From contig CAWHBU010000006.1 in assembly GCA_963827685.1 (NCBI GenBank), positions 416,001-480,000 of the forward strand: a stretch of DNA of 64,000 nucleotides. The letters run 5' to 3'. Below are positions 18,003 through 28,086 of this stretch, piece by piece. The stretch is from an uncultured delta proteobacterium. GTDB taxonomy: Bacteria; Desulfobacterota; BSN033; UBA1163. The position numbers were made by a program, and so were the translations under genes. A model generated the notes under the pieces. It saw nothing but the letters and a program-made list of their open reading frames with translations, did no database searches and was not told the DNA's origin. Position 1 is the first letter of the stretch; the number at the start of each line of letters is the position of its first letter.

Positions 18003-19082
18003 TCATTTACCATTAATTTGAGCTTTGACATTTGAACTTCGTAATTTCTTCTGCTCTTCCATCACATCCCGGAACGCCTCCAATCGGGTGGTCAACCCTT
18101 CCCTTCCCGTATGCTCATCGAAAGAGAGAATGAGAAGGGGGATGGATGAGCCACCCCGAACTTTCAACCTTCTCTTGATGAATTCTTGAAGGAGGGCATC
18201 AATGCCACATTTAAAGGAAGTGAGGAAGACCGCCCCATCCACTCCACCGGATAGAAAGTGAAACAGAGACCCCACAATCTCTCTTCCGGATGACCAGTAA
18301 ATCTCTTTGGAAAGGTCAGAAACTTCCCGATCGATTTCCTTTTCAGAGAGGAAATCGGAAGTCGTGATCTCCATCCCTAAACTTTTCGCCAGGGCGAGGA
18401 GATCTTTGTTAATATCGATGTCAAAGAGATTGTAAGGATGGCCGATGAAAGCGACACGCAATGGACTTCCAATTCCTTTCCCTCCCCTTTTTACTGCTTC
18501 CCCCTCCCCTTTATCCCCTCCCACCAAGGGAGGGGAAATTTTGGAGGGAGGCGGTGTGGAAACATCCATTTCAAAGAGTTGCCCGGTGGGAAGTTGGTTG
18601 ATTCGATCCATCCAGTCTCTTTGAAATTTGTTGAAAGAATGCTCCGCCTCTCGAAAGGCTTTCTTGCTCTCCTGCCTCGATGCGCCGAGCCTTTCACCGA
18701 TCTTTAGAAAAGTCTGAAGGAGGGACATTCCCCCTTTTCGAAGATCGATGGTTTCGTCAATGACGGAAACATTTTCTCCCGTGGCAAGCCGCACAATATC
18801 CGGAGCTCCCCGAAACTTTGGACACATGATGTAATTTCGATGAACGCTGACTAATCGAGGGACAAAAAGATGATCCACCTTGTCTTTCAATTGAACGGCA
18901 TGCGTGATCAGAAGTTTCATCGGAAGGCAACTGTCTTCGAAATAGATGATCTTCTCCTTCTGTCTTACCCCGTCGGAAATCATCACCTTCCAACCCAACC
19001 TTTCAAAGAAGGGTCGCCAGAAGGGAAAGTAACGATAAAACATCAGGGCCCTGGGAATGCCTACGCAGCCCTTCTCTTCCAT
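18003..19082 (-). CDS. DUF2229 acyl-CoA dehydratase activase-related protein (reductase module 1)
   Basis: VGIPRALMFY, CLPMK, MCPKFRG, GHPYN, FKCGID, DEHTGREGLTTRLEAF. Confidence 0.85.
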   Translation of the reverse strand: MEEKGCVGIPRALMFYRYFPFWRPFFERLGWKVMISDGVRQKEKIIYFEDSCLPMKLLITHAVQLKDKVDHLFVPRLVSVHRNYIMCPKFRGAPDIVRLATGENVSVIDETIDLRKGGMSLLQTFLKIGERLGASRQESKKAFREAEHSFNKFQRDWMDRINQLPTGQLFEMDVSTPPPSKISPPLVGGDKGEGEAVKRGGKGIGSPLRVAFIGHPYNLFDIDINKDLLALAKSLGMEITTSDFLSEKEIDREVSDLSKEIYWSSGREIVGSLFHFLSGGVDGAVFLTSFKCGIDALLQEFIKRRLKVRGGSSIPLLILSFDEHTGREGLTTRLEAFRDVMEEQKKLRSSNVKAQINGK

Positions 19083-20161
19083 TCCAACATCTCCACGAAG
19101 GCCTCAAGGAGTGTCTGAATGCGGCCTTCGATTTCTTGCTCGTCTAAAATGAGAGTGAGGATAGGAATGTTCCAATCCTTTCCGACTTTTGTCAGGATTC
19201 CTGAAGCCGTGGTCTCCGGCATGCAGGCAAATGGCATGAGATGGACGATCCCATCGTATCCTTCTTTGGATCTCAGGATGGCCTCACCGATGGAGACATT
19301 ACATTCTGCACCCACATCGTAACCCAGATAAGCCTTGGAAGCTTCGAAGAAACGAACCCGTTCTGAAGCTTGATCAGCCTTATTTTTCCGAAGGCTCCTC
19401 AGGATATGCGTGGAGAACCAAGAGGTGCGCGTCACCTCCACGCCCAATTCCCCCAATTTTTGTTCCACTCCTCGATTGATATGGGGATCCATCACCGTGT
19501 AAAGTTCGCCCACAATGGCCACTTTAAACGGGATGCGGGAATGATCTTGCTCCATTTCTTGAAGAAGGACCTTTGCTTCCCGAACCGCTTGTTCAACGGC
19601 TTTCGGATTTTTGGCCTCATCCACCCAGGAGAGCGCCTTCTTCAATCGCTTCTGAGCCTCCCCTTTCTTGATCTCCATGGGCCTGACCTTCATGGTCAAT
19701 CGCTCCAATGCCTCGCAGGCCATCATCTTCTTCCACCCCATCCAAAGTCCGTAAGGGAAGAAGAGGACGTTTTTGGCACTCAATTCTTTTCTCAGCTCCT
19801 TCGTCTCTTCATGATTCTTCCACATGGCCTGCCAAGTCAACCGAGGTGGAATGGTCAGCCATCGATAATGGAGACCCATATCTTCAAGGATGATTTTCTG
19901 GACAAGGTCATAGAGTCCCAGACGACAGGGAGGGCCACTGCCCACCATCACAATGGTATCCGCTCCCATCTGAAGGGCTTCGATGAAATTCCCTAGGATG
20001 AGTTTGAAAGGAAGACAGATACACTCATTCGAGTGGAGGACACCCAGGGTCAGAGTTTTTCGGCTGGTTTCAGGGGGAACAATATAGGGAATGCCGGCGG
20101 TTTCTGCAATCGCCTTGCAAAAGATGTGCATCGAACCCAGATGAGGAAAAGTTACCTTCAT
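19061..20161 (-). CDS. 2-hydroxyacyl-CoA dehydratase-like / PlsR-like protein (reductase module 2)
   Basis: MKVTFPHLG, CLPFKLILGN, PCRLGLY, VGELY, PFACMPE, LEAFVEML. Confidence 0.85.
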   Translation of the reverse strand: MKVTFPHLGSMHIFCKAIAETAGIPYIVPPETSRKTLTLGVLHSNECICLPFKLILGNFIEALQMGADTIVMVGSGPPCRLGLYDLVQKIILEDMGLHYRWLTIPPRLTWQAMWKNHEETKELRKELSAKNVLFFPYGLWMGWKKMMACEALERLTMKVRPMEIKKGEAQKRLKKALSWVDEAKNPKAVEQAVREAKVLLQEMEQDHSRIPFKVAIVGELYTVMDPHINRGVEQKLGELGVEVTRTSWFSTHILRSLRKNKADQASERVRFFEASKAYLGYDVGAECNVSIGEAILRSKEGYDGIVHLMPFACMPETTASGILTKVGKDWNIPILTLILDEQEIEGRIQTLLEAFVEMLEWKRRAA

Positions 20162-21555
20162 CCATGTTTACCCACTACCTTTTTCCTTTCTGAAAGGGGC
20201 TGAGGGTTTAGACCCTCCACTTTTCCCCTCCAGGCAGCCTCTGCAATCTCTCCATAAGTTTTGGCGTAGCTATCGATGGCCTGTGCAAAATCCGTAAAAA
20301 GCTGATCTGCCCCTTCATGGGTAAAGTATTTCGCATGCTGAAGGGCAATTTCCCTACCCTGTTCAGGGTGATCGATCAGAGGACAGGCCCGAAATAAGTT
20401 CTCCGAGAAAGGCTGGCGTGATCGCATTTCCCTGAATAGAGGAGAATTGAGAGCCTCCATGAGAGACTTCTCTTTGATATTGTCAGAGGCAAAATGGCAA
20501 AAGATGCAGGGCTCCACATCCCCGCGGGCATTGACATGAAAGTATTTCCTCCCCGCTGCGATGCATCCCTGAGTGAGACATCCATCATTCCAGAAGTCAA
20601 CGAATAGCATGGGTTTGGTGGCCCGAAAATAGGCGAGCCGCTCCCTCGCCCGGCTCCTCTGTTCAGGAGTCACCATGAGGGAAAGATCGGGGTTTCTTCC
20701 GATGGGGACATAATGGAAGTTCCAGAGAAGAATGCATCCCTTCTCTACCAGAAAATCGACAAAGGCATCGCTCGTCAGGACATCATGATTTCGGGAAGTC
20801 TGTGTCGTGGAGACAGCAAAAAAGATCCCAGCTTCTCTGAGCCCATCCATCACCTGCAGGATTCGATCGAACTGGCCCTGACCCCTTCTCCCGTCGGTTT
20901 CTTCTCTGAGCCCTTCGAGGCTGATCGCGGGAGCGACATTTCCCAGAGCCACAAATCGATCGATCATCTTCTCGTCGATCAATGTGGCGTTGGTATAGAC
21001 TTGGAACATCATATCTTCATGCTTTTCGAAGAGGTCGAAAAGATCCTGCCTCAAGAAGGGTTCTCCACCCGTCATCATGACCAGATGAATGCCCATCTCC
21101 TTACATTCTCCCATTAACCGATCCAGCACCCCGTAAGGAAGATCCTCGTGGGAATAGACCCCTGAATAACATCCATAGCAATTCAGATTGCACCGCATCG
21201 TCGGGCTGATCAACATGGCGTCCGGCGGATAGAATCCCCTCTCTGCCTCAAAGGCCTTTCTCCGGTTGGTACCTACCAGAAGCTGGTTAATGATGAAGTT
21301 GGAGATGAGCTTTTTCCGATGATGGGGGTGTGTCTCGCTGAGCACTCTTCGCGCAATCGCCAGACCAGGATGATCACTTTGGAAAAGAGTGCGAATCCAT
21401 CGAATCTTTTCTCGATAGGATTCCTTTTGAGGAATTTTCTCTGCAAGATGGGTCAGGCGAATCAAATTTTCTGTGGAGGCGTTGGCCAGAAGAGAAAGAG
21501 CGCTCGTCGTGAATTTTCCAATGGAATATCGCTTAGCCCGTTGATAAAAATCCAT
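20158..21555 (-). CDS. Radical SAM protein with SPASM/twitch domain
   Basis: ISPTMRCNLNCYGC, GGEP, DFWNDG, GCIAAGRKYFHVNARGDVEPC, ACPLID. Confidence 0.88.
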   Translation of the reverse strand: MDFYQRAKRYSIGKFTTSALSLLANASTENLIRLTHLAEKIPQKESYREKIRWIRTLFQSDHPGLAIARRVLSETHPHHRKKLISNFIINQLLVGTNRRKAFEAERGFYPPDAMLISPTMRCNLNCYGCYSGVYSHEDLPYGVLDRLMGECKEMGIHLVMMTGGEPFLRQDLFDLFEKHEDMMFQVYTNATLIDEKMIDRFVALGNVAPAISLEGLREETDGRRGQGQFDRILQVMDGLREAGIFFAVSTTQTSRNHDVLTSDAFVDFLVEKGCILLWNFHYVPIGRNPDLSLMVTPEQRSRARERLAYFRATKPMLFVDFWNDGCLTQGCIAAGRKYFHVNARGDVEPCIFCHFASDNIKEKSLMEALNSPLFREMRSRQPFSENLFRACPLIDHPEQGREIALQHAKYFTHEGADQLFTDFAQAIDSYAKTYGEIAEAAWRGKVEGLNPQPLSERKKVVGKHG

Positions 21556-21563
21556 CTTCCTCC

Positions 21564-22244
21564 TCACCAAAACAGACTTCGAAGAAAAAGTTTACAGACC
21601 ATCCAGGTATCGACCACTGGCCTGAAATGGCTGGAACCAGTTCCATCGACCCTTGGTGTATTAATAGGAACAGATAACACACTGAACCTCTTTTTGCAAG
21701 CTTTAATAAGGAGTTCCAATTCTGTCTCAAATCGGGAGGTCGAGAGGTCGACTTTTTTCAGTACTTCTGTCCGAATCAGTCTAAAACCCGACTGACTATC
21801 CGTAATGTCTGCGTGGCAAAGCCGTGCGACGGCCTTCACCCCCAAACGATTCCAGAAGCGACGGAGGAAGGTCATCTTCCCAAATTCTGTAGCCCGAGAG
21901 GCAATGAGGATATCAGGTTTGACGCTTTTGAAAACCTTAAGAAGGGATGGAATTTCTTCAGGATCATGTTGACCATCGGCATCCAGAGTGATGACCACCT
22001 CATAGTCTTTTTGGAGGATATATTGGAATCCCGTCCGGAGGGCAGCACCCTTCCCAAGATTGAGGGGATGCTCCAGGAGTCGGGCTCCATGTTCTGAAAC
22101 CACTCTCTTCGTCTCATCCGAAGATCCGTCATCGACAACAATGATATCCCCCTTCAGAGGTTCAATCTTTTTTAAGACAGAGCCAAGAGTCGCCTGGGCG
22201 TTATAAGCAGGGATGAGGACACAGATCTTCTCTGACCGCTGCAT
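21564..22244 (-). CDS. Glycosyltransferase family 2 (DPM synthase-like)
   Basis: IPAYN, VDDGSSD, NLGKGAAL, LDADGQH, DSQSGFR, SHFRP. Confidence 0.9.
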   Translation of the reverse strand: MQRSEKICVLIPAYNAQATLGSVLKKIEPLKGDIIVVDDGSSDETKRVVSEHGARLLEHPLNLGKGAALRTGFQYILQKDYEVVITLDADGQHDPEEIPSLLKVFKSVKPDILIASRATEFGKMTFLRRFWNRLGVKAVARLCHADITDSQSGFRLIRTEVLKKVDLSTSRFETELELLIKACKKRFSVLSVPINTPRVDGTGSSHFRPVVDTWMVCKLFLRSLFW

Positions 22245-22294
22245 AGAATCTATTGCTTCCGATTTAAGATAACTGTCATATCTTGACCCACAAA

Positions 22295-22430
22295 GCACCA
22301 AATTCCAAGTACCAAGCTCGAAATAAATCTCAATAACCAAAATTCCAAATTCGAAACAAAATTATTTCAGTCATTGGGTTTTGCTAATTGGGATTTGTTT
22401 GTGATTTGCGATTTGGAAATTGGAATTTTC
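22295..22430. repeat. Inverted heptamer tandem arrays
   Basis: AAGCACC/AAATTCC/AAGTACC run followed by TTGGGAT/TTGCGAT/TTGGAAA run. Confidence 0.7.
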
Positions 22431-22493
22431 GGCCCCAGCCTCTCCGAATCTGCATTTTCGTTCTAACATTTTATGCATCGATTGTTAAGGGCA

Positions 22494-23791
22494 TCACCTT
22501 CTCTCTAAAAATCGTTTCATCTCTGCATCATAGAGAAAGGTGAAAAAGGTTGCAACCGATCCAAGTAGTGGAAGCGGATCATCTCTTGAAAATATATCAT
22601 AGGAGGTATTGGGGTTAGAGAAATCAAAGAAGGGGGGATGAAGATGAAAACGATTGGGATTGTTTAGAAAATGGAGAATATCACCCAACAGGAGCCAGCG
22701 ACAGCGCTTCCCCACTTCATAGTGACGTATGGGTTCGAAACTTTCTCTCCTGGCCATCCTCAAAATAAGGTAGGGAAAATCGACTCCAGAAACAATGGCC
22801 AGTTGCAATGAACCCCAGAAACGGGGATTGAGTTCCATCAGTTTCGGGATTCCATCCCTTGGGTCCACTTTGAATTCAACCATGCCCACGCCGACCCAAT
22901 TTAATGATTTAAGGAGGGAGAGACCTAACTCCATGATCTGAGGATGTTCAACCGCTTCCCGCAATGTGCTGGGACCTCCTTGGACTGGATACATCCTCAA
23001 CTTTTTGTGGACAAAGGCCGCTTTCATGTTCGAAGCCTCGTCAAAAAGGGCAGAGAGCCCAAAGGTCCCCGCTCCATCGGGAATCCATTCCTGAATTAAT
23101 GGAAGAGGATATCGGGCATGGACGCTTTGATAAGAGGAGATGAGATCCTCTCTTTTTTTCACATAGACAATGCCAAAGGAACCGGAGCTAATCCGTGGTT
23201 TAACCACCGCCGGAATTGGAATAGAAGAAAGACTTCCCCCCTCACCCTCCCCTCTCCCACCAGTCGTTGCGACTCGAAACCGAGGGGAGAGGGATAGAGC
23301 ACCGCTGATTCCTCCCTCTTGGAATGGGGGGGAGACTGGCTTCCCTTCCCCTCCCCCTCGAGGGGGAGGGTGCGGGAGGGGGGGACATAAAATGTTCTAG
23401 GGGTAGGAATACCTATTTTCTCCGCAAACCGTAAAAGATTTCCTTTATCCCGAACGAATTCAATCTCTTTCAAATCAGGAATGAGGAGGTAAGTATATTC
23501 AGAGATTTCAGAATGATATTTTGCCAATAAAAGCAGAGTCCCCTCTTCCATCGGGAAGAGGCAATCGTAGTGGTTCTCTCTAATCTCTCTTAGAAGAAAT
23601 TCGATAAATTGATTTGGGGACTGCTGTGGCGAAGGATAGATGAGGCGCCTGGTGCAATATTTCGAAAAGAAGGAGGTATTCAGGAATGTCCGCTCTCCAA
23701 CTGTGACACGAACCCCTTTCCGACCAAGGGATCGAACCACAGCCAATGATTTTCTAAAGTGCCCATCCGTGACCAGAACGCGCATCTTCAT
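22494..23791 (-). pseudogene. ATP-grasp carboxylate-amine ligase, split by a frameshift inside REP insertions
   Basis: N-part RVLVTDG..AVVRSLG..DKG..GIPTP; C-part VVKPRISSGS, IQEWI, VEFK, MELNPRFWGS in a different frame; palindromes at 23235-23385. Confidence 0.8.
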
Positions 23792-23870
23792 ATTGCGGAA
23801 TGCAGATTGCGGATTGCGGAATTTAGATTCTTCGTTTTACATTCCGAATTCCGCATTCCGAAATCCGAAA

Positions 23871-24560
23871 TCAAATCAGTCCTTCGTCGGCGAGGCTTCG
23901 ATAACTCTCGCCCGCCAAGATGATATGATCATAAACCTTAATCCCAAGAAGCCGGCCCGCTTCTACCAACTGTTTGGTGATCCGAAGATCCTCTTCACTG
24001 GGGCTTGGATTTCCACTCGGGTGATTGTGGATCAAAATAATTCCTGCCGCAGGTTCTAAGAGAGCCTCATGAAAGACATCCCTCGGATGGACAATGCTCG
24101 CCTCGAGTGTCCCTTCTGAGATCGTCACGTCCTTAATCAAACGGTTCGCTCTATTAAGAAGAATGACTTTGAAGACCTCTTTTCTTAAATCTCTCATCAA
24201 AGGGAGATAGTGGTTTGCGACATCCGAAGATCGCTTAAAAGAGGCCTTGGAGCTATCTTTCTGGGATTGAATCCTTCTCACCAGCTCAAAGGCGGCCGAG
24301 AGGGTAGCGGCTTTGGCAGATCCAATGCCCTTGACCTTCATCAATTCCGAAGGGGAACGAGAGAAAAGTTTCTGAAGAGATTCGTACTGATCTAAGAGCT
24401 CCCTTGCCAAATCAATGGCTGTCTTCTTCCTTGTTCCCTTTCCAAGTAAAATACCTAAAAGTTCTGCTTCAGTGAGGGGTTGAGGACCATGTTGGAGAAG
24501 TCGTTCTCTGGGTCTCTCCTTCTTGGGCCACCGAGTAATCTTGTAAGAGGATTCGGCCAT
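23871..24560 (-). CDS. radC: RadC family JAB-domain protein
   Basis: ERPRERLL, VKGIGSAKA, HPRDVF, HNHPSGNPSPSEED, DHII. Confidence 0.95.
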   Translation of the reverse strand: MAESSYKITRWPKKERPRERLLQHGPQPLTEAELLGILLGKGTRKKTAIDLARELLDQYESLQKLFSRSPSELMKVKGIGSAKAATLSAAFELVRRIQSQKDSSKASFKRSSDVANHYLPLMRDLRKEVFKVILLNRANRLIKDVTISEGTLEASIVHPRDVFHEALLEPAAGIILIHNHPSGNPSPSEEDLRITKQLVEAGRLLGIKVYDHIILAGESYRSLADEGLI

Positions 24561-24566
24561 GATTGA

Positions 24567-25346
24567 TTAAGTGGAAGCAGGGGATTCTGCCTTATTCCCA
24601 TCACTTTCAGAAGAAACCGGTGCAGGCTTTTTCCCAAAAATCTTAGAAAGTAGGATGCTCAACTCATAGAGCCCTATCAAAGGAAAGGCCATGAGCACCT
24701 GAGAGATTAGATCAGGAGATGGGGTCACAACCGCCGCGAAGATGAAAATGAGGAGGATCGCGTATTTCCTCTGCCGGGCCAACATCTTTGCATCAATGAT
24801 TCCGATCTTCGATAAAAGGACTAAAACCACGGGAAATTCGAAAACCAGACCACAGGCGAGCAAAAACTTGATGCTGAAAGACAGGTACTCTTTCATGCTC
24901 GGCATGGGTTTGATGATGTCAGTGGCATAACCCAAAAGAAAACCAAAACCGACGGGAATGGCAACGTAATATCCGAAGAGAACCCCTAAGGCAAAAAAAA
25001 GCGAACCACCGAGGACAAAAGGGATCACATATCTTTTCTCTTTTTGATATAGACCCGGGGCGACAAAAGCCCAGATTTGGTAAAGGATGAAGGGCGAGGT
25101 AACGATAATACCCGCGATGAACGCCACTTTCATGTATGTGAAGAACGCTTCGGCTACGCTGGTGAAGATCAATGATCCCCCTTTGGGCATCAATTCCTTC
25201 ATGAGAGGGGCGGCAAGAATGTTGAAGATAGAATCAGCGAAGGCATAGCAGAGGAAGAAACCTACCCCCATCGCGATAAATGAAAAAATGAGTCGTTTCC
25301 TCAGTTCCTGGAGGTGAGCGGTGAGGGGGAGTTTCTTCTCATCCAT
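24567..25346 (-). CDS. tatC: Twin-arginine translocase subunit TatC
   Basis: [33 protein letters not shown]. Confidence 0.95.
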   Translation of the reverse strand: MDEKKLPLTAHLQELRKRLIFSFIAMGVGFFLCYAFADSIFNILAAPLMKELMPKGGSLIFTSVAEAFFTYMKVAFIAGIIVTSPFILYQIWAFVAPGLYQKEKRYVIPFVLGGSLFFALGVLFGYYVAIPVGFGFLLGYATDIIKPMPSMKEYLSFSIKFLLACGLVFEFPVVLVLLSKIGIIDAKMLARQRKYAILLIFIFAAVVTPSPDLISQVLMAFPLIGLYELSILLSKIFGKKPAPVSSESDGNKAESPAST

Positions 25347-25767
25347 GGGAAGGAATCCCCTCTTTCGATTCTTCGGGTCCCTCCTTTTTTCCCTTTTCGA
25401 TCTTTTCCTCTTCCTTGGGGGTTGAAGCCGCTTCGTGGGCTGGGGTCTCTGTGAGGACAGAGGCTTCACTCCCTGCCATTCTCTCGGTGGTGGCCTCGGA
25501 AGAAATCGAGGCCTCTTCCATAGTCTCCGATACACCTTCGGTCAGATTACTAAGAAATTTTTCTCTCTCTTCAGTGAGGGTGCCTTTCAGTTCTTCGAGA
25601 TCCTTTGTTTCGGCCTCAAAACTTTCTTTCACCTCTTCAGTTGCCTTCTTAAACTCCCTCATTGCCCTGCCAAAAGCCCTGGCCAGCTCAGGAAGCTTAT
25701 TCGGACCGAAGACGATCAAGGCAATGGCCACGATGATCAACAGTTCCGGAAATCCAATATTAAACAT
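25339..25767 (-). CDS. Twin-arginine translocase TatA/TatB subunit
   Basis: [26 protein letters not shown] with long acidic tail; upstream of tatC. Confidence 0.9.
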   Translation of the reverse strand: MFNIGFPELLIIVAIALIVFGPNKLPELARAFGRAMREFKKATEEVKESFEAETKDLEELKGTLTEEREKFLSNLTEGVSETMEEASISSEATTERMAGSEASVLTETPAHEAASTPKEEEKIEKGKKEGPEESKEGIPSHG

Positions 25768-26280
25768 AAATCCTCCTCCAAGTTTTATATCATAATTTTT
25801 CTCTCTATTGCAATGGGAAGCGAGCTCAGAGCCTTTATGGCTCAAAGTCCAAAGCTTAAAGGGTCAAGCTTAAAGCTTTGAGTTTTCAGCCTTTAGCTTT
25901 CAGCGTTCTAATGCTCCAAACTCATCACTCCGAACTATATACTCCGAGCTGAGAATTGTCTACCACCATAAATTGCCAAAAAAATCTTCCCATTTCGGTT
26001 ATAATAGTTTTTTAAGGAAGACCCGTGGCACTTGAATTTCTCAAAACCTTAATGCTTTGCATTGTTGAAGTCTCGAATTCCAAGAAGAGTTGTGATCTAT
26101 CCCGGCAGTGAAACAATTGAGTTTAGTGATAGAGCATGATATAAATTGTTTTACTCCGCTTTTCTGGTTTATTTAGTTTTCCGGTCCATCTGGTTGAATT
26201 TATGAATGGGACAAGATAAACCCCGAAAACTGAAAAAACCCAAAAGCCCTTTGAAACCCGAGAGCCAGGAGACCTTAAGC

Positions 26281-27045
26281 ATGACCGTCATTCATATTAA
26301 TGTGCCCTATGCCATGCTTCTTCACCGCATCGATTTTGCCATCGAGAACCGAATCAATCCTGAAATCTATTTCAGTGCGGAAGATTTGGATGCCTGCCGT
26401 GAGAAAGATGCTCAATCCCTGTCAAAAATGCTCCAAGAAAACCAATTGGAAATTACCCTCCATGGTCCATTCATGGATTTAAGCCCTGGAGGAGTGGATC
26501 GAAGGGTCAAAGAGGTGACCCGTGACCGACTGTCAAAGACGATCAAATTGGCACAATTCTTCAAACCCAAGATGATCGTCTTTCATCCAGGGTACGAGAG
26601 ATGGAAATTTGATGGAAATATCGAGCTTTGGCTCGAGAGCAGTCTTCAAACCTGGAGACCGCTGGTCAAGGCGGCAGAGGAGATGGGGTTAACCCTCGCC
26701 ATTGAAAATGTTTTTGAAGAGACCCCCGATTCTATCAAAAATCTTTTGGAAGAGATCCATTCACCCCATTTTCGATTCTGCTTCGACACGGGCCACCACA
26801 ACGTTTTCAGCAAGGCCCCTCTCCCGATTTGGATGGAAGCCTTGGGGGAATTTCTGGGTGAGGTCCACCTCCACGATAATCACAAGGAGATGGACGAACA
26901 TCTTCCTGTGGGAGAAGGAAGGTTCGATTTTAACCAATTCTTCTCCCTCCTTTCACAATATAAACTGAATCCTCTTTATACTATCGAGCCCCATGAAGAA
27001 GCCCATCTCTGGAGGGGATTGGAGGCCGTAAAGAAATACATTTAA
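26281..27045 (+). CDS. Sugar phosphate isomerase/epimerase (AP endonuclease 2 TIM barrel) family
   Basis: HGPFMDL, FHPG, IEN, FDTGH, HLHDN..DEHLPVGEG, TIE. Confidence 0.88.
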   Translation: MTVIHINVPYAMLLHRIDFAIENRINPEIYFSAEDLDACREKDAQSLSKMLQENQLEITLHGPFMDLSPGGVDRRVKEVTRDRLSKTIKLAQFFKPKMIVFHPGYERWKFDGNIELWLESSLQTWRPLVKAAEEMGLTLAIENVFEETPDSIKNLLEEIHSPHFRFCFDTGHHNVFSKAPLPIWMEALGEFLGEVHLHDNHKEMDEHLPVGEGRFDFNQFFSLLSQYKLNPLYTIEPHEEAHLWRGLEAVKKYI

Positions 27046-27121
27046 GATTTCAGATTGTAGATTGCAGATTGAAATCCCGCCTTTGGCGGGACTGAAATCG
27101 GGATGCTCAAATCTAAAATAA

Positions 27122-27335
27122 GGTTCTTCCGGCTTTCGTGTGGGTGGCATCCGCCTAACCCCCCTTCATCCCCCCTTAAGTTAAGGGGGGATGAAGGGGG
27201 GTTAGACAACGGGAGTTGAGGCGTAAGTCAGACCGATGCGGAAAGGACCCTCTGGGCACGCCTGCGAAACAGGTAACCCCACCCAACCTCCCCTTAAATA
27301 AGGGGAGGTAACCCACAAAAAAATCCGGAAGAGCC
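27122..27335. mobile_element. MITE-like element carrying a DUF559 endonuclease fragment
   Basis: Inverted ends GGTTCTTCCGGCTTT..TGTGGGT and ACCCACA..ATCCGGAAGAGCC; two hairpins; fragment RELRRK/QTDAERTLWARLRNR at 27210-27276. Confidence 0.6.
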
Positions 27336-27357
27336 ATAGTTTTGAATTTCCGCTTTT

Positions 27358-28080
27358 CTACGTCTCACCCAGATAGGCTTTCCGTACCATCCCGTTCGCG
27401 CGTAAATTCTCCGCTGTGTCACTGAGCACCACAGAACCACTTTGCAGAACGTAGCCCCGGTTGGCAACTTGAAGGGCGATGGATGCGTTTTGTTCCACCA
27501 GAAGGATGGTTGTACCCCCTGCGTTCAGTTGCTGGATCGTTTCAAAGATACTATCGACCAGCACCGGTGCCAAACCCATTGAAGGTTCATCCATCAAGAG
27601 AAGTCGTGGGTTCGCCATCAGAGCCCGACCAATAGCCAGCATCTGTTGCTCCCCACCACTGAGCGTACCCGCCACCTGTTTGCCGCGTACTTTCAGCTTT
27701 GGGAAGAGCGTGAAGGCCTTTTCGAGGTTCGCCCGGATCAACTTGGGATCTTTGCAGCCGAAGGCACCCATCTCCAGATTCTCCATCACGGTGAGTTGTT
27801 CGAACACGCGACGTCCTTCGGGAACCTGCACGACCCCCTTGACCACAATCTCATGGGGAGGGTAGCAGGTGAGGTCTTCACCATCGAGACGGATTGACCC
27901 CAGGCGCGGTCGCAACAGACCGCTGATTGTTTTGAGCAAGGTGGTCTTGCCCGCTCCATTCGCTCCGATCAGAGTGACGATCTCCCCTGTCTCAACAGAA
28001 AGCGAAACATCTTTGAGGGCATGGATATGTCCGTAGTAGGTGTGGATGTTTTCGACTTCAAGCATCGGCCTGTTGCTCAC
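27358..28080 (-). CDS. livF: Branched-chain amino acid ABC transporter ATPase
   Basis: GANGAGKTT, LSGGEQQM, DEPSMGLAP. Confidence 0.93.
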   Translation of the reverse strand: MSNRPMLEVENIHTYYGHIHALKDVSLSVETGEIVTLIGANGAGKTTLLKTISGLLRPRLGSIRLDGEDLTCYPPHEIVVKGVVQVPEGRRVFEQLTVMENLEMGAFGCKDPKLIRANLEKAFTLFPKLKVRGKQVAGTLSGGEQQMLAIGRALMANPRLLLMDEPSMGLAPVLVDSIFETIQQLNAGGTTILLVEQNASIALQVANRGYVLQSGSVVLSDTAENLRANGMVRKAYLGET

Positions 28081-28086
28081 ACTCTT

